Of a stretch of DNA of 64,000 nucleotides, positions 10,324-17,681 are shown piece after piece. Origin of the DNA: Oscillospiraceae bacterium (lineage in GTDB: Bacteria > Bacillota > Clostridia > Oscillospirales > Acutalibacteraceae). Within the stretch, counting starts at the first letter, position 1, and the number at the start of each line of letters is the position of its first letter. A model generated the notes under the pieces. The model was not told where the DNA came from. It saw only the letters and a program-made list of their open reading frames with translations, and searched no databases. The stretch covers positions 44,154 through 108,153 of the forward strand of contig SVOI01000002.1 of NCBI GenBank assembly GCA_015066465.1, given 5' to 3'. Position numbers and translations under genes: made by a program.

Positions 10324-11304
10324 TTATTTAACAAACGGAAGTTTTTCTACAACTACCTTTTGTTTTTCTTTGTTTAAAGTTATTTTATGTTTAGATTTTC
10401 TACGTCCTTCACAACAATAATATAACTCGCCATTCTCTTCCAAAAAACATCTTTTGCCATTTTCCAAACCATCAAGATATGCAGTTTTGAAATCACTTCC
10501 CCGCTTTAATGCACCGAATCCTTTTTCACTTACGATAAAAACAACTCTGTCATCACTGTAATTTATAGTCCACCCTACATTACTTATCACTGTAATACAT
10601 TCATTTTCTCCATCAGAATCAACATCAAAAAGATAATCATCAATCAACTGATAATAATGCTCTTCATATATATTATTTTTTTCTGTTACTATGTCATCTT
10701 CACTTACTATTTCTGTTTCAAAAATCGCTAAACAATGTCCCCATTGTTGCTTTTGTTCATTATCATTCCCGCCATAACCAACACCTATGTATATAGAACC
10801 ATCTTTTTGTTCAAAAATAACATAATCAATCAAGGCACACGCCGTTGTAAGCTCACTTTGGTAAAAGTATTGAACACCCCAGGCACTTTTATTATTTTTT
10901 ATAAATTCTCTTTTTGAAAATTCGCCTGATGTATTTTCGTTGCTTTCAATATAGCGAAAGAACTTGTGATTTTTATTCACATCAAATTCAACCATTTTTC
11001 CACAAGCAACTCTTTTTATATTTTTTAATACATCAGTTCTTTTTATATATCCAAAACTCATATTAGAATAAACCTTATACACTCTTTCTGCATGTAACAT
11101 ACAAGTTCCATAAAGTTCTGGCGAAGAATTAATAAAAGCAAATCCTGTCGGCATAAACATTGCACTTTCGCCATTCATAGTTTCAAAAAATGTTGGCTCG
11201 GTTTTTTTGTTTTCTTTTTCGATATAGTTTATTAAAACCACTGAACCAGAAACAATAACAACCACCAAAGCCAACGCTATTAAAACAATCAACTTCTTTT
11301 TCAT
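10324..11304 (-). CDS. Signal-anchored hypothetical protein (paralog-array member, largest)
   Basis: About 326 aa. The MKKKLIVLIALALVVVIV anchor is shared with three upstream genes. Start moved to the ATG 5 nt after AGGGGGA. Confidence 0.7.
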   Translation of the reverse strand: MKKKLIVLIALALVVVIVSGSVVLINYIEKENKKTEPTFFETMNGESAMFMPTGFAFINSSPELYGTCMLHAERVYKVYSNMSFGYIKRTDVLKNIKRVACGKMVEFDVNKNHKFFRYIESNENTSGEFSKREFIKNNKSAWGVQYFYQSELTTACALIDYVIFEQKDGSIYIGVGYGGNDNEQKQQWGHCLAIFETEIVSEDDIVTEKNNIYEEHYYQLIDDYLFDVDSDGENECITVISNVGWTINYSDDRVVFIVSEKGFGALKRGSDFKTAYLDGLENGKRCFLEENGELYYCCEGRRKSKHKITLNKEKQKVVVEKLPFVK

Positions 11305-11336
11305 TAACATCCCCCTATTATCTTAAGCGTAGCGAT

Positions 11337-11957
11337 TTACGGCGCTGCGGTTGTTTCTATCGAGGAATATGTTACCTGTTTCTTTTTGTACATATTCTCA
11401 GAAAATTCATAATCCTCAATCAACCAATCACAAAAACCATCATAATCTTTAAAGAATGACCTTAGTTCTCTATTCAAGCCTTTATTAAGCGGTTTAAATT
11501 TAAAATCATCAAGTTCAATAGCACCATCTTTACCACCTAACACATAATAACAATCATCTTCTTCGGCTTTTGTTAAAAACAATATGTACTGGTGTTCATT
11601 TAAAAATTTTTCGCCTTCCTGAATTATTGTTATTTCGTAAGATGGTGCATCAAATACATCTTTTTTATTATATTCTATAAAAATCTCGTCTTTTTCTCCC
11701 GCGAACGTGACTATTACTTCCTGATAAAATTTACCATCTTTCTCATACACATCTTTTAATGGTTCACTTGGAATTGCATTGCCACAAAAGAAACCAGCAT
11801 AAGAGGTATCAATCCTGACACAACAATCTGACTCATCAATCAATCTTTGAAGTGTCCATTCAGATTTGTTTTCTGGATAATTAAAGGCTATTACACCAAC
11901 AGTTATTACAACCATTAGCGCAAATGATGTTACTAAAACAATCAACTTCTTTTTCAT
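11337..11957 (-). CDS. Signal-anchored hypothetical protein (paralog B)
   Basis: 206 aa. Clearly paralogous to 11998-12651 (NYPENKSEWTLQRLI-ESDCCV, ILFLTKA, GGK-GAI, C-terminal IETTAAP). Confidence 0.75.
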   Translation of the reverse strand: MKKKLIVLVTSFALMVVITVGVIAFNYPENKSEWTLQRLIDESDCCVRIDTSYAGFFCGNAIPSEPLKDVYEKDGKFYQEVIVTFAGEKDEIFIEYNKKDVFDAPSYEITIIQEGEKFLNEHQYILFLTKAEEDDCYYVLGGKDGAIELDDFKFKPLNKGLNRELRSFFKDYDGFCDWLIEDYEFSENMYKKKQVTYSSIETTAAP

Positions 11958-11997
11958 TATTAATCCCCCTATTATGAATCATCTTTAGCGTAGCGAT

Positions 11998-12651
11998 TTA
12001 TGGTGCGGCTGTTGTTTCAATATTACTGTAATCTATATATGGAATTGTTGTATTGTTGATATCAAACTCAGCGATAGTTGTTTTTTCAACTGGTATCATT
12101 TTGTCTGAAAACTTATATTCGTTTATTCGCCAATGCTCAAATTTTCTGTAATTATTCTCAAACTTCAACCAAACTTCAAACTTTAAATTTTCGTCAAGCG
12201 GCTCTAAACCGTCTTCTGTTATTTTTATTGCACCACTTTTACCACCTGTTATGTAATAATAATCGCCATCTTGGGCTTTTGTCAGAAACAAAATATATGG
12301 TGGTCTGTCTGAGCCCAAATAGCTGGGTGTGTATTCCAATGTACGTTTATAATCTTTAAACTCTTGAACGAGAATAAAATGTCCATCCGGAAAATACAAT
12401 TCATCGCGTTCATCTAAAAACAACAGATATTCACAATCATTAATTTCATTTTCTTTTACTTCAACATAAGGACCCGTATAGCAAAATTTCCCATTAACCT
12501 CTCTTAAAACCACACAACAATCAGATTCTTCAATCAATCTCTGGAGAGTCCATTCAGATTTGTTTTCAGGGTAATTAAAGACTATTACCCCGGCAACTGT
12601 TATAACCATTACAACAAATAATGCTATTAAAACAATCAACTTCTTTTTCAT
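11998..12651 (-). CDS. Signal-anchored hypothetical protein (paralog A)
   Basis: 217 aa, same anchor and motifs as 11337-11957. Its ATG overlaps the upstream stop (TAATG). Confidence 0.75.
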   Translation of the reverse strand: MKKKLIVLIALFVVMVITVAGVIVFNYPENKSEWTLQRLIEESDCCVVLREVNGKFCYTGPYVEVKENEINDCEYLLFLDERDELYFPDGHFILVQEFKDYKRTLEYTPSYLGSDRPPYILFLTKAQDGDYYYITGGKSGAIKITEDGLEPLDENLKFEVWLKFENNYRKFEHWRINEYKFSDKMIPVEKTTIAEFDINNTTIPYIDYSNIETTAAP

Positions 12652-13196
12652 TAAAAATCACCTTCACACCACATTTCCATAAACTCTCGTTGTTGTACTC
12701 CCAATGGTCGCAGATGTTCTTTATTGGCAGATTTAAAATTGCAACACCCTATAATTTGCTCAAGCAAAACGTTTACTGCTGTACATTCTGAAGCACCATA
12801 ATCATACCAAACCGCTTTATCAGCATAATACAACGTAACACACCAAAAGTCAGTAAAACTTACATAACCCTCTATTTCAGTTTTGTTTTTTACGAGCACC
12901 TCATCAATATAAGGTTTCATTAAATCAATCATAATTGCATCTGATTTCACTAATAATTCTTCAATATCGCCATCAGCATTTTTATACTGTGCTAAAATAT
13001 CATTTTCTTCTGTTACCACAAAAATATATCGCTCATCTGACAAAGGGTGCCAAATAACAAATTTCAGAATATAGTTTTCATAATCTTCAACGTTAAGATT
13101 TATAGTATTTTCAGAATTCTTGAAAACAACTACACCAATGGTTATTGATATAATTAAAAATAGAGATGCTACTGCAACAATCAACTTCTTTTTCAT
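12651..13196 (-). CDS. Signal-anchored hypothetical protein (divergent array member)
   Basis: 181 aa, MKKKLIVAVASLFLIISITIGVVVF anchor. The ectodomain is unrelated by eye to the others. Confidence 0.7.
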   Translation of the reverse strand: MKKKLIVAVASLFLIISITIGVVVFKNSENTINLNVEDYENYILKFVIWHPLSDERYIFVVTEENDILAQYKNADGDIEELLVKSDAIMIDLMKPYIDEVLVKNKTEIEGYVSFTDFWCVTLYYADKAVWYDYGASECTAVNVLLEQIIGCCNFKSANKEHLRPLGVQQREFMEMWCEGDF

Positions 13197-13218
13197 TATT
13201 AATCCCCCAAAAACTCAT

Positions 13219-13728
13219 TCAGCGTCTAAAAATACGGCTTATAAAAAACTTTAATTTATAAATCGCTTTATTGTGATTCATAGTTCTGCCCAAGAGATAG
13301 ATACCGGTAATCATTTCTACAATAGAAATTCCTAATAAAAATCCAGAAATAAACTCTCTGAAAGAAGAACCATCAATACAGAATGAAAGTGCAAGTAAAG
13401 AAATACCCATTATAATAAGAAAGAAGCTTGTACTCGAATCTTTTGATTGCTTCAGCTCTTGTATATCTTTAAGCATACCAAGTATTTCTTTATCATCGTA
13501 AACACGTATGCTTTTTTCATTTTCTTCACCATCTAAAAGCTCAGAAACCGAAATATCAAGCTCATTACAAAGAATTTCTACAACGGCGTAATCGGGCATA
13601 CACTTGCCGTTTTCCCACTTAGAAATTGTTTTGTTACTTACACCGATTCTTTCTGCAAGCTGTTCTTGTGTTAAATTTTTCTCTCTTCGCTTCAAGGCAA
13701 TAAAATTCCCTGTTGCTTGTTGGTTCAT
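13219..13728 (-). CDS. XRE-family HTH regulator with C-terminal transmembrane segments
   Basis: 169 aa. Cro/C1 HTH LTQEQLAERIGVSNKTISKWENGKCMPD, then two hydrophobic helices (FFLIIMGISLLALSF, FLLGISIVEMITGIYLLG). Confidence 0.85.
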   Translation of the reverse strand: MNQQATGNFIALKRREKNLTQEQLAERIGVSNKTISKWENGKCMPDYAVVEILCNELDISVSELLDGEENEKSIRVYDDKEILGMLKDIQELKQSKDSSTSFFLIIMGISLLALSFCIDGSSFREFISGFLLGISIVEMITGIYLLGRTMNHNKAIYKLKFFISRIFRR

Positions 13729-13760
13729 TAAAGCACCCCCAAAATCTATGGTTTAATTTT

Positions 13761-13809
13761 AAAAAAATCCACTCAAAATTCACATCCCCCATAAAGCGAA
13801 TTTGAGTGG
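13761..13809 (-). terminator. Intrinsic terminator after the esterase gene
   Basis: Minus-strand hairpin CCACTCAAA...TTTGAGTGG followed by ATTTTTTT. Confidence 0.65.
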
Positions 13810-13820
13810 AATTGTATTTT

Positions 13821-13853
13821 GAATGCAGAATTCAGAATGCATAATGCAGAATT
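13821..13853. repeat. Tandem heptad repeat (GAATGCA-like, about 4.5 units)
   Basis: GAATGCA GAATTCA GAATGCA TAATGCA GAATT, directly beside the 48-bp repeat, which itself contains CTGACCA x2. Confidence 0.8.
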
Positions 13854-13857
13854 TTAG

Positions 13858-13905
13858 CAAACTGACCACTGACCACGGGCGACCACAGGTCTGCCCCTAC
13901 AATTA
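13858..13905. repeat. 48-bp direct repeat, copy A (REP-like, contains imperfect hairpin)
   Basis: caaactgaccactgaccacgggcgaccAcaggtctgcccctacaatta. Matches 15357-15404 at 47 of 48 positions. Its last 3 nt are the esterase stop codon (minus strand TAA). Hairpin GGGCGACC-aca-GGTCTGCCC. Confidence 0.9.
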
Positions 13906-14988
13906 TCGTTTACTTAAATCCTGACTAAACATCCATTCTACCCACGGCTCTGTTCTGTAAAATCTGCCACTCATTCCGTGACCGAACTCATCCCAACGAG
14001 TATATTTTACTGGTGCTGAAACTTTTTCTAATTGGTTGTAGCACTCATCAGCCGAATCTATTTCTACTGTTTTGTCGTCAGAAGAATGTGCAATCCATAT
14101 AGGCATATTTTTAAGTAACTCAAAATCATATTCTTTACAGTTCGCAAATGCACCCATAACAGGAATTGCACAGGCGAAAAACTCAGGATATTTTGTAATT
14201 AACTTCCATGTACAAACGCCACCAAATGAAGTTCCTGTAACATAAATTCTATTTTTATCAATAAAATTCTCTTTACATAAAACTTCTATTAATTGCACTA
14301 CAGATTCAATGTAATTAACGGGTTTCATACCATTCCACATATCGCTATATGGTGCTTGTGGAACCAAAATTGAACAATTCTTATTTAAAAGCAATTCATC
14401 TAACCCGTGACTTTTAAAAATTCTTAATGGTTTTTTATTATCTATACCCATACCATTACCACCATGCAAATAAACGAACAGTGGGCTATTATCTTTCTGT
14501 GATTTTTTAAACCGATAATTTATCAACATATTATTTTCTGTGCTTATAAAACAATATTTTTTAAAATCACTTTTGAAAGTGTGGTGTTCTACAATATGCG
14601 ATTCTTCTTTTTGCATCACACTTTTAGCATAGAGTTTATTATGTTTATGATAATTTCTTAAATTCGTTATAGCATAGTGTTTCTGTTCTAATAAATTAAA
14701 GTTTATATTTTTATCGGTTTTACTTAAACCATCTTGGGTAAGGTTATATAAACAATTATCGCTACCTACAATATTATAACTACCATTCAGTAATCCCAAA
14801 ATTTCTTTTGACATGACTTTACTGTAATTATTATAAATTTCAACACAGTCTTTTTCAGTAAATTCAATAACAATATAATAATTTTTAAAATCTCTTTTTA
14901 TATATGGCTTAAAAGGAGTTTTATCGGCTAAATAGTCATATAAAATAATATCTCTGAATTTCATTTTATCACCCAATACATCTTGCAT
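13903..14988 (-). CDS. Alpha/beta-hydrolase (S9/dienelactone-hydrolase-like esterase)
   Basis: 361 aa. Nucleophile elbow GTSFGG, acid IAHSSDD, His EFGHGM. A better RBS (GGTGAT) serves the internal ATG at 14964, so the start is uncertain. Confidence 0.75.
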   Translation of the reverse strand: MQDVLGDKMKFRDIILYDYLADKTPFKPYIKRDFKNYYIVIEFTEKDCVEIYNNYSKVMSKEILGLLNGSYNIVGSDNCLYNLTQDGLSKTDKNINFNLLEQKHYAITNLRNYHKHNKLYAKSVMQKEESHIVEHHTFKSDFKKYCFISTENNMLINYRFKKSQKDNSPLFVYLHGGNGMGIDNKKPLRIFKSHGLDELLLNKNCSILVPQAPYSDMWNGMKPVNYIESVVQLIEVLCKENFIDKNRIYVTGTSFGGVCTWKLITKYPEFFACAIPVMGAFANCKEYDFELLKNMPIWIAHSSDDKTVEIDSADECYNQLEKVSAPVKYTRWDEFGHGMSGRFYRTEPWVEWMFSQDLSKR

Positions 14989-15011
14989 TTTTCAATAAAC
15001 TATGATACAAT
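14983..15011 (+). promoter_or_regulatory. Plus-strand SigA-type promoter facing the small-peptide gene
   Basis: TTGCAT (14983-14988), a 17-nt spacer, then TGaTACAAT (extended -10, 15003-15011). It overlaps the esterase start region. Confidence 0.6.
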
Positions 15012-15144
15012 AACAAACGGAACATAAGTTCCCAAGGAGTTATTCCTACGGTAGGCGGTTAGTCTCTTTTACAGAGAGACTGGACTCTCTGATTACATAG
15101 AAATCCTTTTTAGGAAATTTTGTTTTTTGAGAGTGGTGATTGCT

Positions 15145-15210
15145 ATGAGTGAAACAATCGCTTTATTAGCTATCATATTCTTAATCATTCTTGTTCTCAA
15201 GGATGAATAA
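15145..15210 (+). CDS. 21-aa hydrophobic peptide, candidate type I toxin
   Basis: MSETIALLAIIFLIILVLKDE. GGTGAT lies 4 nt upstream of the ATG. The gene has a ~127-nt structured leader and is followed at once by a terminator. Too short for the ORF track. Confidence 0.35.
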   Translation: MSETIALLAIIFLIILVLKDE

Positions 15211-15218
15211 AAAGAAAG

Positions 15219-15254
15219 CAACCGCCTGACTTCCAAATAAGGCGGTTGTTTTCT
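15219..15254. terminator. Bidirectional intrinsic terminator
   Basis: CAACCGCCT-12 nt-AGGCGGTTG, followed by TTTTCT on the plus strand and CTTTCTTTTT on the minus strand. Confidence 0.75.
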
Positions 15255-15312
15255 ATAACCCAATTATAAAGTGGAGTCTAACCGTCTACGGAATAACTCC
15301 TTGTTCATTTAT

Positions 15313-15340
15313 ATTATAACACGAAGATAAAAAATGTCAA
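15313..15340 (-). promoter_or_regulatory. Minus-strand near-consensus promoter facing the peptide gene and esterase
   Basis: Minus strand reads TTGACA (15335-15340), a 16-nt spacer, then TGTTATAAT (extended -10, TATAAT at 15313-15318). Confidence 0.65.
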
Positions 15341-15356
15341 CTATTTTTAGTTTCAA

Positions 15357-15404
15357 CAAACTGACCACTGACCACGGGCGACCGCAGGTCTGCCCCTACA
15401 ATTA
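15357..15404. repeat. 48-bp direct repeat, copy B
   Basis: Matches 13858-13905 at 47 of 48 positions. Its last 3 nt are the uvrC stop codon. Confidence 0.9.
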
Positions 15405-17240
15405 TTCACCGTGAAACATTTTATAAATCTCAACCGCATCCGCTTTTGAAATCCCCTGCACACTTTCTAATTCTTCAACACTTGCATTTCTTATATTGTC
15501 AATCGTTCTGAATTTCACTATAAGATTTTTTGCCTTTTTCTCACCAATGCCCTTAATTTGTGTGAGTGAATTTTCTAAAGCAGATTTTGTATGCTTTTTG
15601 CGGTGATATTCAACTGAAAAGCGGTGAACTTCGTCTTGAATCTGCGTAACAAGAGAAAAGGCTTTTCTTTTAGAATTAAACTCAATTCTGCCACCGCTTG
15701 TAGAAATTGCAGATGTGCGGTGCTTGTTATCTTTAACCATACCAAAAACTGGTATATCGAGATTAAATTCTTTTAAAAGTGGCAGAACTGCATTAACCTG
15801 ACCTTTACCTCCGTCAAGTAAAATAAGGTCTGGCAATTTACCAAAACCATATTCTTCGTTATCATTTTTATGATTGTAGTATTCAGTAAAACGACGCCTT
15901 AAAACTTCTTCCATAGAAGCGTAGTCATCTTGCCCCACAAAACCTTTTATTGCAAAGCGCCTGTATGCTTTTTTATATGGTCTGCCATCCTTGAAAACAA
16001 TCATACCAGCAACATTGTCACTACCAGCGGTGTGAGAAATATCGTAAGACTCAATATACTGAGGAATATTTTTCATACCAAGCATAAGCGCTAATTCTTC
16101 AAGTGCGTTTTTAGTTTTTTCACTACTTGAAAGCTTTTCTAATAGCTTTTGGGTAGCATTATTTTTGCACATTGTAATAAGCTTTAACTGGTCGCCTTTT
16201 TGTGGAATTACAATCTGCACATTTGTGTTTCGCTTTTCTGAGAGCCATTTTTCAATATCTTCTATGCCCTCAACCTCACCATCAATTTCAATTCGTGGTG
16301 GAATTGTTCTGTTTAAAGAGTAATAAGAAGTTAAAAACTCTGCTCTCATACTTTCGGGTGTTCCATTTTCTTCAAATATAAAATGCTCGGTGTCACAAAG
16401 CTGATTATCAGAAAAACGAAGAACTGCAATACACACTTTATTTTCAACAATACTAAGTGCAAAAACATCTTGTTCCTTGTAAGTAGAAGAAACGACCTTT
16501 TGCTTCGACTTTACCTTTTCAATACCCCTTATGGTATCACGAAGCTTTGCGGCTTTTTCAAAATTCAATTCTTCCGAGGCTTTTTCCATTTCTTGTTTTA
16601 ATTTACGAACAGTATCCTGAGTGCCAAGCTTTAAAAATTCAATAGCTTCTGTTACTCTTTCATCATATTCGCTTTCTGTAATTTTACCGGCACACACAGC
16701 ACAACATAAATCGAGATGAGAATTAAGACAAGGGCGTTCTTTTTTTATATCCCGAGGAAACACCTTGTTACAGGTAGGTAATTTATAAATTTTCTTTGCT
16801 TCATCGACTGCATTTTTTACAGAATACCCCGCAGTATATGGACCTAAATACTCAGCACCATCATCAGCCTTTTGAAACACAGCTTTGATATTTCGCCACG
16901 GTCTTTTTGTAATTTTGATATAGCTATAACCCTTATCATCCTTTAAAAGAATGTTGTATTTCGGCATATTCTGCTTTATTAAGCTACACTCTAAAACGAG
17001 TGCTTCGAATTCGCTATCTGTAAGAATGTAGTCAAAATTCTGCACGTTCTCAACCATTTTGCGAACCTTTGGTAAATGCTTCTCTTGTGAACCGAAATAC
17101 TGTGTAACTCTATTTTTCAAAGCCTTGGCTTTACCAATATAAATAATCTCTTTGTGAGAATCACGCATTATATAAACACCAGGACTAAGTGGCAATTTGT
17201 TTGCTTTGTCTTTTAATCTTTTTAATCTCTGGTCTTGCAT
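15402..17240 (-). CDS. uvrC: Excinuclease ABC subunit C
   Basis: GIY-YIG (GVYIMRDSHKEIIYIGKA), UVR domain, C-terminal (HhH)2 (IKGIGEKKAKNLI). Start set at MQDQRLK, 5 nt after AGGTGA; the ORF track starts 14 codons earlier. Confidence 0.95.
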   Translation of the reverse strand: MQDQRLKRLKDKANKLPLSPGVYIMRDSHKEIIYIGKAKALKNRVTQYFGSQEKHLPKVRKMVENVQNFDYILTDSEFEALVLECSLIKQNMPKYNILLKDDKGYSYIKITKRPWRNIKAVFQKADDGAEYLGPYTAGYSVKNAVDEAKKIYKLPTCNKVFPRDIKKERPCLNSHLDLCCAVCAGKITESEYDERVTEAIEFLKLGTQDTVRKLKQEMEKASEELNFEKAAKLRDTIRGIEKVKSKQKVVSSTYKEQDVFALSIVENKVCIAVLRFSDNQLCDTEHFIFEENGTPESMRAEFLTSYYSLNRTIPPRIEIDGEVEGIEDIEKWLSEKRNTNVQIVIPQKGDQLKLITMCKNNATQKLLEKLSSSEKTKNALEELALMLGMKNIPQYIESYDISHTAGSDNVAGMIVFKDGRPYKKAYRRFAIKGFVGQDDYASMEEVLRRRFTEYYNHKNDNEEYGFGKLPDLILLDGGKGQVNAVLPLLKEFNLDIPVFGMVKDNKHRTSAISTSGGRIEFNSKRKAFSLVTQIQDEVHRFSVEYHRKKHTKSALENSLTQIKGIGEKKAKNLIVKFRTIDNIRNASVEELESVQGISKADAVEIYKMFHGE

Positions 17241-17368
17241 GATTCTCACCTGCTTTCGTAATTTATAATTAGCATTATACAATAAAGAAAAGAAAAAATA
17301 AAGATAGTAATTTCAGGGATTCAAAATCACCATTTAATATGTTATAATACTTATGAGGAGTGGTGGAA

Positions 17369-17518
17369 ATGGATATTAAAAGCACTATACCATGCGATGA
17401 TTTACACAAACTTTTAAACGAAGGTTTAATTTCAATGCAAAACAAAGACTATAAACCTATTGAAGAAGTTTTTAGCCTTATAGAAGAAAAGTTTTTTAAT
17501 AATGAATGTTGCAAATAA
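17369..17518 (+). CDS. 49-aa hypothetical protein (antitoxin-C-terminus-like, orphan)
   Basis: MDIKSTIPCDDLHKLLNEGLISMQNKDYKPIEEVFSLIEEKFFNNECCK. GAGGAGTGGTGG RBS, with TGTTATAAT about 30 nt upstream. The EGL...KP.EEVF..IE pattern resembles RelB/ParD-type antitoxin tails. Weak call. Confidence 0.35.
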   Translation: MDIKSTIPCDDLHKLLNEGLISMQNKDYKPIEEVFSLIEEKFFNNECCK

Positions 17519-17554
17519 GATACTGGTGGTTTGTCAAAACAAACCACCAGTATC
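17519..17554. terminator. Perfect 15-bp-stem hairpin between convergent small genes
   Basis: GATACTGGTGGTTTG-tcaaaa-CAAACCACCAGTATC. Flanking U-tracts are weak on both strands. Confidence 0.6.
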
Positions 17555-17560
17555 AACACT

Positions 17561-17668
17561 TTAGTTATTTCTAAGATATTTAATAAGTAACCATACAAGC
17601 CAGATACCACCTGTTAAAACAGTCATAACAAGGTCAAATAAAAGTCCGCCAAAGCCACGTTTTTTCAT
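17561..17668 (-). CDS. 35-aa small membrane protein
   Basis: MKKRGFGGLLFDLVMTVLTGGIWLVWLLIKYLRNN. Strong RBS AAGGAGA 7 nt upstream, 13 nt after the Mor-like gene stop. Too short for the ORF track. Confidence 0.5.
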   Translation of the reverse strand: MKKRGFGGLLFDLVMTVLTGGIWLVWLLIKYLRNN

Positions 17669-17681
17669 AAATCATTCTCCT

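Larger units (their letters stand above)
15034..15303. repeat. Long inverted repeat (about 30-bp arms) enclosing the small-peptide locus
   Basis: Left arm CAAGGAGTTATTCC(tacg)GTAGGCGGTTAGTCTC (15034-15066). Right arm GAGTCTAACCGTCTACGGAATAACTCCTTG (15274-15303). 14 nt are perfect, then 14 of 16 after a 4-nt insertion. Confidence 0.85.

Noticed and set aside
13821-13905. CRISPR-like or integron attC-like interpretation of the heptads and hairpin
   Set aside because: The units are 7 nt with no spacers. Only two hairpin copies exist, and no cas gene or integrase is in the window. The R'/R'' core sites (GTTRRRY) are absent.
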